A stretch of 64,000 nt of DNA, taken from positions 1 to 64,000 of the forward strand of contig CT868319.1 in NCBI GenBank assembly GCA_000165425.1. The letters run 5' to 3'. The notes beneath the pieces were generated by a model. That model saw nothing but the letters and a program-made list of their open reading frames with translations, was not told the origin of the DNA and did not search any database. The position numbers and the translations under genes are program-made. Shown here one piece after another: positions 27,580 through 42,690 of this stretch. Each line of letters begins with the position of its first letter. Position 1 is the stretch's first letter. Origin of the DNA: Paramecium tetraurelia. Lineage: Eukaryota.

Positions 27580-27836
27580 TTTGTATTGAGATTAATAAAT
27601 ATAAAAATACTATGAAAGATAAGAAATTTAGTGACATACATTAAGTTGCTAATTATTTACATTAAGTTATTATAATTATTGTTATAATTACACTTATTAT
27701 TATAGTATATATATATATATTATCAATTATTTTGGTTTTAATTCATGGGATACAGTGTTAGTTCAATTATATGATATGAATAGGGTTAATAAACGATATT
27801 TAATGATTAAAGCTATTTAATTTTTTTCTCATTTTT

Positions 27837-27842
27837 GATTGG
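27837..27842 (-). promoter_or_regulatory. CCAAT-type box upstream of H2A
   Basis: gattgg on + (CCAATC on -) about 85 nt before the H2A ATG, in an otherwise AT-rich stretch. Confidence 0.35.
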
Positions 27843-27889
27843 CCGATTATAAATGAAAAAAGATTAATTGGGATTTATATTTGCAATAA

Positions 27890-27901
27890 GGCGGGTTTGA
27901 A
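27890..27901 (+). promoter_or_regulatory. GC-rich GGCGGG-TTTGAA element (E2F/CDE-CHR-like)
   Basis: ggcgggtttgaa ends 26 nt before the H2A ATG; near copy at 53793-53805 on the minus strand. Confidence 0.5.
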
Positions 27902-27927
27902 ACATTAATAAATTAATCAAAAATCAA

Positions 27928-28329
27928 ATGTCATCAGGAGGAAAAGGAAAAGCAGGAAAGGGAGGCAAAGCCGCAGGAGCTCATAAATCAGTTTCCAGAT
28001 CACACAAAGCTGGTTTGTAATTCCCAGTCGGAAGAGTTTCAAGATATTTGAAATAAGGAAGATACACAGAAAGAGTTGGTGCTGGTGCTCCAGTTTATCT
28101 TTCAGCTGTTTTGGAATATTTGGCTGCTGAAGTTTTGGAACTTGCTGGAAATGCCGCTAAAGATAACAAGAAAAACAGAATCAATCCAAGACACATTCTT
28201 TTAGCCATCAGAAACGACGATGAATTAAACAAATTAATGGCCAACACTACAATCGCTGACGGTGGTGTTTTACCAAGCATTCATCCATAATTATACCCAT
28301 CAAAGGAAGACCCAAGTTAAGCAGTTTGA
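27928..28329 (+). CDS. H2A: Histone H2A with C-terminal SQ motif (H2A.X-like)
   Basis: Intronless, 133 aa: [55 protein letters not shown]...[13 protein letters not shown]...KEDPSQAV. Confidence 0.98.
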
Positions 28330-28433
28330 AATGTTTAATTTGTTTTACAATTAACATATACAAATTTATTTTAATATTTCTAGTCTCCAAAACATTATAA
28401 ACACATAAATAAATGAACTTGAATATTGATAAA

Positions 28434-29788
28434 TCAATTCTTCTTTGATGTGTGTGCAATTTTAACAGACTTTTATGCTGCATCATCTAAATCTGTTGCA
28501 GTTGTAATTGATACTTTAGTCTATGATTTGGCAAATTCATCCAACATCTTGGCGCCTTTTAATTATTCTCAATTTATTACCTTATTATGAATTTGTTCCT
28601 GTTAATCTAACAACTAATGGTGTCTTTAAATCAACCAATTAAGCTGCTTTGATAATACCTTCAGCAATAATGTTGCATTTCATAATACCACCAAAAATAT
28701 TAATAAGGATTGTCTCTACCCTTGGGTGTGAGTTCAAGATTTCAAAAGCTGTCTTAACTTATTCAACATTAGCACCACCTCCGACATCTAAGAAATTGGC
28801 AGGTTCTCCACCATATAATTTAATAATGTCCATTGTAGCCATTGCCAAACCAGCTCCATTCACCATACAACCAATATTTCCATCTAATGCAACATAGTTC
28901 AATCCTGCTGCCAAAGCCAACTCTTCATGTGGATCCACTTATTCTGATGCAACTGATGTTTTTCTCAATTCTACCAACTCCTTTTATCTAAATTTAGCAT
29001 TGTCATCAACATTAATTTTAGCATCAATGCAGAATAATTGATTTTTTGGATCTGTTGCTTGCCATGGGTTGATTTCTACTTAAGTAGCATCCAAGGAAAT
29101 AAACATCTTATAAAGATTTCTCAATTATTCAACTGCTTATTATCTAACAGATTATAATTGAAGAGTGTCAACAACCTTATTGGCAATTTGATCTGTCAAT
29201 CCTGTGTTTACATCAATTGGTAAGACAATAATACTATTTGGATCTGTCTTTGCTACTTCTTCGATTTCCATTCCACCATTAATTGATGCAACAATAGCTG
29301 GCTTTTATGAATTTCTATCCAGAATAAATGCTAAATATAATTGACGTACTATGTCGACACCTTCGTGTACAAGGACTGCATTCACTTACAAACCCTAATT
29401 TAGTAAATATTAATGAGTACTTCTTTTGGTGTCTAATGTGTTACCAATTTATATCCAATCATTTATTTTGTATAGTTGGCTACTTCCTCTGGAGTTTTGC
29501 AGATCTTGACTCCTCCCTTCAAACCACTTGATAGTGTTCCTTGAATTAAGCATTATTCATACCCTTTCCTCTTCCACCAGCATGAACTTGAGATTTAAGG
29601 ATCAAACCACCACTTGGATCTAATGTCTTTGCTACTTTGGCAGCATCATCAGCATTCAAAGCAATTGCTCCTTTTTACACTCTGACATTGAATCCTCTCA
29701 TCAAGTCTTTACTTTGGTATTCATGAAGATCAAAGCATTTAACAACTTTGTGTTACAATGCAGCCAACCTTGTAATGCGATTGAACAT
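28434..29788 (-). CDS. Succinyl-CoA ligase beta subunit, mitochondrial
   Basis: Presequence then [78 protein letters not shown]; two introns. ADP versus GDP specificity not determined. Confidence 0.96.
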
Positions 29789-29954
29789 TTATTTTAAATC
29801 TTTTTATTTAATCAAAGCACAATAACTAATCACTTAAAAAATAAACTATTTTTAGGATCCATTAAAGCAATCTATACACACTCCTCTTAGAAATCAGATT
29901 AATATAAATAATAATTACAAAAGAAAAATGTAAAATGTAAAATCAATCAATTAA

Positions 29955-31413
29955 TCAAAAACTATTTTCAAGTCCTTTTCTTGAAATCATTTGATCGTAA
30001 AAATGATTTTTAGATTGGATTCTTGAAGTTGAAGTAAACTGATTTGAAATGTAGTAGATTGTATTTTATTTCTAAATCTTGATTCTCTCTTTCCATTAAT
30101 TGCTATTCAGCTTTCAAAGTCATACTCGGGTCATTTTCGACTATACCTTCAAAAGTAGAAATTTGAGCAATTTAAATGTTTTGTTGATTTATTCTTAGTC
30201 CTTCATGCAAATCGCTTAAGGAATATCCCACTCCAATACTCTTTATACTGCCTTAATTGGTCATTGCACTGTATTATTATGCGCTGCTCCCATTATCCGA
30301 TGTTCCGACTAATTCATCTTAAGCACCAAAGGTTTTAACATTTTGAGGTTACAAATTCTCTCCTAAAAATTCTCTTAATAATATTAGTTATTTAATTACC
30401 TTCTTATCGTACCACAACTTTAATAATTTGGATTTTATGTGTTTTTCAATTTTTTGTGACCTTTTTACTTATGAGATTTGCTTTTCTAAAGAGTCCAATC
30501 CAATCCTTAATCTGAAATATTGTGTAAAGTTGTAAGGAAAAGGCCTCGGAGCATAGTATACGATGGGCTTTATTAGGGGGACAATGCTTTAACATATCTC
30601 ATGTATCTTAATTTAATGGGATGATTACTTTAAAATAGAATTTGGGCATTCTGAACACAATTCTTCAATTTTTGTTTCCTATTTTAATTTTCCAATTTTT
30701 TCTAATCTCTGTGTATCATTTTTATCGATATTCATCCATGGCAAACGTTATTATAATAAGTATATTAACAAGTAGCCTAAAGATTCTAAGTCGTCCTTTG
30801 CTGTCTAATCTATCCCTTAATGAGCAGCCAAACTTGCGTATCTACTAGTACCAATAAAGGATATCTTCTTTTTTTTCTTGGTTTTTTAATTTATATTTCG
30901 CGATATTCCAAAATCAATGAGAAAGATCTTGTCGCTATCGGCTTTGCTTAATATATTTTCAGGTTTGAGATCTCTATGTATTATATTCCTATTAATTATT
31001 TATTAATTAACCTTTTGTGTATTTGTTCTAAAATCCATAGCAATTAGAAAGCGATATTGTACACACATTAGGTTGAAAACTTCTAATATAGCTTTTAAAA
31101 ATAAGTTAAATCGTGTCCAAGCAATCTTGTTATCATAACGTTGCATTTCTTGAATTGACCATACCAATATAATTCAGGAATCTAAGAAACTCCTTCCAAT
31201 AACGTCAATATTTCAATCTAATTTGACAAACTCTAATACTTCTTTATTTAAACTACTATAACTTGCCATTTCCTGCTTTTCCACCTTTATTGCAACATTT
31301 TTGTTTCTTTTCATACATCTCCCAAAATACACTATTCCAAATGAACCTTATGATATTTTTTTAATTATTTCATATTGATTGTCAATGACATCTCCTTATT
31401 AAATTTGGTTCAT
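29955..31413 (-). CDS. Casein kinase 1-family kinase
   Basis: ISQGSFGIVY, VAIKVE, GIPELYWYG, HRDLKPEN, LIDFGIS, FIGTSRYASLAAHQG, KDDLESLGY; three introns. Confidence 0.92.
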
Positions 31414-31793
31414 AAATTTATTAATAGAAAGAATGATGATGTATTTTAAATCAATTCTTAAAAATAATAATTAATTATGATGGACTTTTAATTTACTCAA
31501 TTGCCTTTTCTTAATGATATCAAAAATAATGATAATGTATTCAACATAAAGAAACATTTTATTTATAAATAATACCAAAAATCTTTGGCTTATTTTATCA
31601 TTTATCAATTATTGATAAATTGTAAATAAAAGTTGATTTAAAAAATAAAAATCGTTGAATTGCTTTTTTATAATAATATATTTTACAATTTCATAAAAAA
31701 CCAAAGTTGAGGAGAAGGATATTTTAATCGTCATTAAATAATATATTCAGTTAAAATAATTTGTTAAATTATAAAATAAATATATTTAATTGA

Positions 31794-33934
31794 ATGTTTT
31801 AAGGGCAGTACCAAAATCTGATGATCAATTAAAAGGATCTTCTTAATTTGAATTTTGAATGTATAGACTGAAAAATTGATTAAATTAGAGAATTACATCA
31901 AGATTGGAAGCGGCTATTAAGCAGTTAGAAGAATTTTCAACAATGTGCAGTACGATTAGTTTGAAAAATAGCAGTTGAAGGAGTTAAAGGGATTTATGGA
32001 TTCAATTCCTATATAGTATTTAAAGGAGTATGTTAAGTGATAATATTTGAGGGTTTAGAACGATTCTGTATTATTGCGATTTTTATATGCTCATAAATTC
32101 ATGAAGGAGGAGACAGTTAATTATTTTGTTGATCACTTAGACTGGCTCAATAATCCAGAAACAACAATAATAGATGACCTTCCTCAATACGATAAAATCA
32201 TATAAATTATAGGTAGGGATGAAATGCTAAGACCTGTATTACACATAAATTTATGTCAACCTTTGGATAATTATTTTATCAAGGCCATAACCAACAAATT
32301 AATATTGATGGAAGATTACATGTTTGCTCCAAGCAAAGTGGAAAGTTGGATAATAATTATTGATATGAGTTAATTCAATCCAAATGTTTAGAAGGAGTAT
32401 ATTGAATAAGCAGTTAAACATTTTATCACAAACTTCCCAATGTCATTGGAACATATCTATTTTTTGGATGCAAGCCAAATTTTAAGATAAGTAGGTGAAA
32501 ATTTGTTGAGCTAGAAAGAATTTAAGATATTTGATTTGGATGACAAAATTTCTATTATGAATAAAGCTGAATTTAAGAAGGATAAGCTATAGTTGCTATC
32601 TCCTGAATATAACACTTTATTTGTAGTTGAAGACCCATTATTTTAATAGGCATCTCAAAAGTCTTTATCTTAATTAATTATCAATTAACCACAGCCTACA
32701 TTATATGGCTAAACATAGAAGGGCTAATAAAATGCTGATCTAATTGGACCCTTATATCCTTTGGTTGTCTATGCAGTGTCATAACCTTAACCTTATGTTC
32801 CTGAGATCCATGATAAAGAATTACAATGCTACACAAACTAAAAATAGATTCCCACCTTCTTTTTAGACACTCAGAATTAATTTTGCCAAAATTATCAGCC
32901 TTTTAAATATAATAATACAAGTGGGCCTCAAAATCAATAGCAGACTGATCCTATTCCTTAATAGTAAACTAACAAAAGAATTGTAACTCAGTTGCAATCC
33001 CAAATGACTTTTCAAAATACAGAATATTCTATGTATTAATAAGATAATTATATGTAGGAGAACAAAATACGATGACATTATTGATTAGTACAATTGGAAT
33101 AAGTATGGTATTGCCTAGTAATAGCCTATAGCAGACACAGAGAAAATAATATATGATGCAACATATCATGATTCATCATAACATCAAATCAATACACCAT
33201 ATATTTAATAAACTCCAACGCTACCAGGAACAGAACAAACTATAAAGAAATTTGATATCCATAATAATCAAGATATTCATTCAACTGGGGGATTTTTTGA
33301 AGATCCTATTCTTCCTTAACATGATAATAATAATGTTCAGCCTTCTTTTTACAGTGATCAAAAACACTTGCCAATCAAACATTTTGATTTTGAAAACAAC
33401 TCTCCATAATTAACTTAACCATAGAGGAATATCTATGCAGATCCACGATCTCCACTTGAGATCGATCAATACCCTCCAATACATTAGTAAATAGAAAAAA
33501 AATTTGATTTTGGTCCAATTCCAGTAAGACCATCTGAATAATCTTATACACCATCTTATATAGCTTCAGATAAACCATATGTTCCAGAAAGGATTTCAGA
33601 TATTCCAACGTATCAAAACAATTATTTATAACAGCAGCGATTTCACAATATTCCAACATCATCTCTACCTCAAACTTCTGGATATTCACCTTATCTGCCA
33701 TAAACACCCTTTAGTCCTCTTCCAAGTAGTACTAATTTATATGTTGCTCCAACTTATCCATTAACAACTACAAACAAATCCTACTTATATAACTCAACCT
33801 AACCTAAAATAATCGAATAAGATGGAATCAAATTTCAGGATGAAACCATGGTTATTGGAGACCCTGACCACAGACCAACCAAAAATTCAAATAGAGATCC
33901 TGCACTTGATTAATAATAATGTTAAATTTTTTGA
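31794..33934 (+). CDS. CRAL-TRIO/Sec14 protein with long P/Q/Y/S/T-rich tail and terminal CaaX-like CQIF
   Basis: DSVLLRFLYAHKF, IIGRDEMLRPV, YMFAPSKVESWIIIID, NFPMSLEHIYFLDA; low-complexity second half; ends QQQCQIF-TGA. Confidence 0.8.
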
Positions 33935-34439
33935 TTTCAAATATTCTGAATTTATTATTCTGAATGATTTTTCTTGTTGAAAAGTAAATATTTCAAGAAT
34001 TGAAGTATTTATTTCTAAAGGTGCAAAAAATACTATTCAAAATTATATATTTAATCTAGATTAATAATAATTTTTATTAATAAGTTTCTAAACTCATTAT
34101 TAGGAGTAGTTGAATTTTTGACATCCAATATATTTATTATATTTTAGGCTATCAATATTCAAATTTAAGTGTATTTGATCTCTAAATAAACAATATCATT
34201 TTTACTTAATCCATATTATTTTAGATAAAATATAAATATTATTTAATGAAAGTTATATTCGTTGTTTAATCAAATTGCAAATCTTGCCTTGAACCACGTA
34301 TTAGATTAGTTTTTCAATATATTTATCAATTTATTTTGTTTTTACTATAGATTAAAATATGGAATATAATTTATTTAACATTTACTGACATCATCTTCAA
34401 ATGCTATTTAAAGTCGATTCATAACTTTTAATTAATAAA

Positions 34440-35086
34440 ATTAATCTAATGGGTTGTGTCCAAAACAAAGCCAAACTATCCATGTCTTAAAGAATTATTC
34501 ATTTATAAGAAAAGTCTGCTTCAATTGCAATTCATCATTAATAATTTCAGATCAAAGATCAATAATACAATATACTCAAAAATCCCATTATTAGGAGGAG
34601 AGAATAAAAGAAAAGCAAAATCTCTTACACCAGTGCATGTACTCCCATCATGAATGACTGAAAATTTTAAAGCTTAATGTTCATAATATAATATTTATTT
34701 CGTATTTTCAACTTGTTCAACCTATGCTGATCTGCATGTCCCTTTCATTTCCTGTCAATCTTCATCTTTAATTTTTAATTATTTTGCATACTCATATTGT
34801 ACCGATAAACCAATTATAAATAAATCAAAAAATTAATCATAGTTATTATTTCAAGAATGTTTTGTATATAATTTTTGACAAAATTTATGTATTATCTGAA
34901 TGCTTTTGTTTAGTTTCTCTTTTGTAAACTACACAGCCTTAACTTTCTTATTCTCAAGTCTTTTCTCATTCGATGACAAAAGCTAAGACGATATACTACT
35001 ATTGTAATTATATCAATAACAAATTTTATTCGTTAAATTCTAACCTAGTCGATAGCAATTGTATCTTCTCTTTCTCTACCATCCAT
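34440..35086 (-). pseudogene. Probable decayed gene remnant
   Basis: ATG at 35086 (MDGREREDTIAID...) followed by protein-like segments that switch frame and hit TGAs without compatible introns. Confidence 0.25.
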
Positions 35087-35145
35087 TTTGAAAAATTAAT
35101 AAAAGTTTAAGTAATTATACGTGAAGAGATAAATATAAAAATAGA

Positions 35146-35400
35146 TCAAGAGAATTATCTTTACACATATGAATTCTAAGCTTCCACTTTATTCTAATCG
35201 TTGATTAAACTTGGTGTTGAAGTGTGAGCTCTCCTTTTAACTATAGGATTCTTTTATATTTTGTATTTTTCTAAACAAAAATGATTAAAAATTTCTCTTT
35301 CGACCTCATCTTCCTCAATTTGTTTTGAAGTTATTTGAGAAGCCAACTATACAGATTGAAGTTTGTCAATTTTATTCTTGGATGTCAATGAACAACCCAT
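35146..35400 (-). CDS. Small N-acylation candidate protein (MGC start)
   Basis: 84 aa intronless: MGCSLTSKNKIDK...KYKIQKNPIVKRRAHTS... Confidence 0.7.
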
Positions 35401-36459
35401 TTAAAAATAATTAATTAGTTTTGATCGTCGTGTTTAATATTATGAAAATAACAAATCTAATTTCTAAATAACATCTATTAACTATGCTGATTATTGTTAT
35501 TCATATACATTGTTCACTTAGCTAACTATTTTAGCTGTCATATCTACTCATCTCCTCCAATCAGAAAACTTTTTTAATCTGAACATTAAATATATATAAT
35601 CTAATTTTAAATTGGACACATATTAATTTTATGCAATTTAGAGATATCGTTTTTTAATAGCAATTAGATAATTTAATCATTCCTTTCACTTTCATCTCAT
35701 CAATATCAATATGAATTAATTTTACATCATTATTCGAATCAGCTCATGAAACAAAAATTGGATACGGATTGGCAATTTTGTTAATTAGTTTAAGATTATT
35801 TTTTAGATGTTTATTCATTAAATGGATGATAATATTATTATATTAAAATCTAATAAAATACTATTGGGGTCAAATATGGAAGTGATATTGATTAAGATTT
35901 AGGTTTAAGGAGAAAATCATTGATTGAATTTTGAATTGCACATTATAAATAGGTATAAAACTATTTTTTAAATTCTGTTCATATATCAGTTTTAAGATGT
36001 TTCTTTAACATAATACGCTATGAATTCAACTTAGATGATAAATAATGATTCTGGGTTATTCTTATCGATTAAATGAATCTATTTAAATTTAGAAAGTTAA
36101 ATAAAAATATTTTTATCAAAAAATAAAAATGAAAAATTCCTATCCCCCTTCTGGTCTTAATTTATTCTTCAATAATGCTATATCGTGATAAAATTAATAA
36201 CATGATTTTATTTAAATATTGAATAAATTCAATTTTAGTTACAAAAAATATATATTTTATGATCAAGTAAATAATTTATCTATGTTTTACTTATTTGATT
36301 CTCATTTTACTTTTCCAAAGATAAAACACTTAGAGAAGTCTTAATTGAAAGTATATATTTTTTTTCAATATCCTTTATATTAAGCTTAGAGTCAATTTAA
36401 AATCAATACCTAAAAAAATACGATAAGTGAATCGATTATTAAATAGATTTATTATATAT

Positions 36460-37980
36460 TCATAGTAATTATGCATTAACAATCAACCTCTCCTTTTCCC
36501 AATAAAGGTGCTATGAGTAATAACTAAGGCTATATCTAAAAATTAATATAATTTTACATTATTAAGTAAGATATAAATTATTAAAGTAATCTTATAGTTT
36601 TTCTAGTCTTTATCTTAATATTTTATACGCTTTTTCATTGTAAATTCCGAAAATTAACATTTCGAATTGTGTTTCATTGCAAGCATCAGTGTTTATTTGG
36701 ATGTAGATTTAATTTGATATATTGCACTCAAAAATTTCGATTAAAATAAGAAACAATGCCTCTTTGTACCCCAAGAAACTAATATCTAGAAGATTTTTTG
36801 ACAAAATAATCTATTTTTACGAATACAACAATTTTAAATTAGAAAAGACTTTGCTTAAATTTACTTACTTGATTTACTTCTATTCTAACTTTTCTTATAA
36901 ATAGTGATATATAATCAATTTAAATAATCCTTTTAAATTTGATGTTTTATGAATAAGGATTCTTTTAAATTATTGATATATACTTTTTAATAAGAGTCGA
37001 TATTTAAATTGGAATTGCTATTCTATCATTAAATTTTGTTGTTCTCCTATGATTCTGTTACATTTGCATTGGTCAATTTTTATCAAAATTATAGGATTGG
37101 TTCCTGAGAATATTGAATATGTTATTTCTTATGCTTTCTAATTCAATTCAATGATAAGGGATTGGTTAATGATATTATCATCCTACTTGTCGAATTTATC
37201 TATTTATTTAAATAGAAAATTTTCTAAATTGATTTTCCTATGAAAGGTTAATTTCGATTTCCTCAAGAAATTCTTCAATTCCTCATTAGTGTCACAGTTG
37301 ACAATGAAAGAAAAGGATCCCTTTACAATAAAAGTGTGCCTTAATTGATCAAAATTAAAGATTACGCAAGGCTCTGTTACCATGCTTAATAGAATCTTGT
37401 CCCATTATTCGTTTAAGAGTGTAAGTTAAAATTTAGATCTTTCTGCAGCAACATTTTAATATAATGAAAATAGAAGTAGGAAGCTAATCAAAAATGCCGA
37501 TAAAACAAATGCTTAGGAAAAGTTAGGCTGGTAAATTATAAAATAAGCTAAGTAAATTGAAAAAATTGATAAGACCTAAACCAATGCATCTATAAATTCT
37601 CCAGAAGCAATGATTACAAATTAAAATGCCACTATCAAGGCAGCTGCTAATTAATAATGAAATTAATTTTTGCTATCATCAACTCTCAAATAAGGGATCA
37701 TTATTACATAAGTAACAAGTATTAAAGCATAGCGACAGTAATGAGGCTTCATTATTAGTATTGCAATTAGACATAAATCACTAATAAAATAGCCTATTGT
37801 TCCATAAATTTCATCAAGGCTTTAGGTAATTATAGAAAAAGTCCCTTTGACTAAAACAACAAGAAATGTTAAATATATTATTTTTTTAACTAAAGGCTTT
37901 CTTTTTTCCCTTAATTAAATCTCCTAATACTTTTCCTCTAATTTTTAATCCTTAAATTGCAAGGTGTATCTGTTTATCAT
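36460..37980 (-). CDS. Multi-TM protein with degenerate sensor/histidine-kinase-like cytosolic tail
   Basis: Intronless 506 aa: MINRYTLQFKDQKLEEKYQ, about 5-6 hydrophobic helices, then a soluble region. Confidence 0.75.
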
Positions 37981-38637
37981 AAATTTGTGAAAATATATTA
38001 TTATTTAATTTCATCGATTAAGAAAACACCATAATAAGATAATGAATTAATTAACAATTAATGATATAAGGTCACGTATAACTAATTTAAGAAGTTGATG
38101 ACATTTTTGAGAGAATAGAAAAATTGGAAAAAATAGAAAAGTAATTAATTTTGTAAATTTAATATTCTTTAGCTGTTGCTCAGAAATTGTTTTTGTTTTG
38201 TATAAACTAGAAACGATATCAAATTAAACTTATGGGTAATAATTAAATTAAAACATCAAAAATATGTTACACGAAAACAACCTAAGAGTCATATTTCATA
38301 TTCAATTACCAATAATGTTTAGATCTTATTATAATTTTTTTAATTAAGCTAACTTACAATTAATAAAATGTTACTCCTTTAAAATTATACTTTCTGAATG
38401 TGTAAACAGTCTGAATTGCGTTTTTTCAACTAATTTTCAATGAAAAATGCGTTTGATATAAAGTAATAATTGATTTTCAAATAAATCAATCCTATTTGTC
38501 TTAAATAACTAATACTAGGAATATATAGTTAAACTAAAACTTTTTAAAATAAAAAAAGAAATTTAACATGCATTAAAAACAAATTTATTATATATTTATT
38601 ATTTATATAATTATAAAATAATTCAAATTTCAAAGTG

Positions 38638-40949
<2,312 letters not shown>

Positions 40950-41123
40950 AAATATATCAATTAATTATATTCTAAGTTATCTTTAGATATATATACCCCC
41001 TATCAATCGGCTATATATTAAATCCCTTAGCCGTTATTTTGCAGCTCGCAGATCTTGAATATCATGTTGAATATGATAGAAGATAGAAATATAATAATTA
41101 ATTAATTTATATATATAATAAAG

Positions 41124-41787
41124 ATGGATGAACCATAAGTAGTAAAAATTATTGTAGTCGGCGAATCATATGCTGGAAAGACATCATTGTTATAGTAATA
41201 TTGTTATAACGAGTTTGATCATAATCACAGTGCAACAATTGGTTGTGATTTCACTTTAAAGTGGATTACAAAAAATGGGACAAAACTGAAGTTATAGATT
41301 TGGGATGTGGCTGGTATCTATTAATTAAATTGAAAGGATAGGAGAGATTTTAAAATTTGTCTAAAATGTTTATACGATAAGCAAAGGGTTGCTTAATTAT
41401 GTGTGACATTACTAATAAGAAATCCTTGGAAGCCGCTTTGTCTTGGCGTAATGTTGTTAAGGATATTGCAGATGAAGTTCCTATATTTTTAATTCAAAAT
41501 AAAACTGACTTATTGTAAGGAGAAAGAGAGGAATACTAAACTGAAGAATATTTAACTCAATTTGCACAACAACACAATTTTACTCGTAGTTACTAGATAA
41601 GTGTGAAACTAAATGAGAAGGTAGATTTGATATTTTACGAGCTTGTGGAGGCTATGATTGAGAAAGGGGTCATAAAATTAGAAGACAGTGTGATCAAAAG
41701 GTATTAATTAATTAACTTTAAAGTTCCTTTGTAATTAAAAACGATAATAATGATCGAAATAAAGCAAAGAAAAAAGAATGTTGTTGA
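41124..41787 (+). CDS. Rab GTPase (Rab32/38/29-like)
   Basis: GESYAGKT, ATIGCDF, WDVAGQERF (not WDTAGQ), NKTD, SVK; terminal CC; two introns. Confidence 0.88.
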
Positions 41788-41862
41788 ATAAATATACATC
41801 ATCTATATTACTAAATTGTATAAATACTTATTAACCTAAACAGATGTAATCGATATCATCAA

Positions 41863-42690
41863 TCATTCATAAACATCACAATATGCTTGTCTTGTTAAGA
41901 TGTTCGATCTGCTAATTATTCTATTTTGAGAACAAACTATAAATGGAGCAGCTCTATCCTCAATCTTTGTAATTTCTCCATTTGTAATGATAACAATTCC
42001 TGGATCAAGAGTACCGATAATTAAGGATAATTGATCCTAATTCTCTATAATTGCAAGTTAGACAACAGCACTTTCCATTTGATATTCATAGAGCTTTGTA
42101 AATTCTGGGAATGAAGATAAAATAGCTTTGCCACTTGAATCTCCTGTTAGAATTTTATTTCCAAGAATAAAGTGATGCATTATTTATCCCTTATGCCCAA
42201 TATCCACAATATTCTCATTGTATGATATTTGATTTCCCATAATATATAATGTATCATCATGAGATCTTAATTAAGTAACCCAAGGTTATTAGTTTTGAGT
42301 ACATTTTAATTCAGCAGTGTCTAAATCGTATATTAATAATTTATCAGATGTTGTACCCACATATAGTTGATTCTTATGAACGCATATAGAAAGAGGAATC
42401 TCAGGTAATTAAGTTACTTTAGGTTCTTCATCTCCTTTATATATTTTTAAAGTTCCATTTACTGAAGCAATGATGTGATAGTCATCATGAATCAGAGCAT
42501 CTGCAATTGCATATTCATTTCCTTCTTTCTTGTATAATAATTTCAAAGATTCCAAGTCCCACACTGATAAATCGTGATCATTGCCAACACTAACAAAGGC
42601 ATTTAATTTTGGATGTTTATCGAACTTGAAGAGAGTACCATGCAATGAAATATCAATTAATTCAGAATGAACTCTTTTTCCTTTAAACAT
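41863..42690 (-). CDS. WD40-like beta-propeller protein
   Basis: 275 aa intronless; VSVGNDHDLSVWDL, IASVNGTLKIY, ILTGDSSGKA. Confidence 0.75.

Noticed and set aside
28095..28897. Track ORFs antisense to H2A and succinyl-CoA ligase
   Set aside because: Shadow ORFs caused by codon bias of the real genes on the opposite strand.
38600..38637. Two TTCAAA (reverse TTTGAA) words before the kinesin-13 ATG
   Set aside because: Too common in AT-rich DNA without the GC core to count as evidence.
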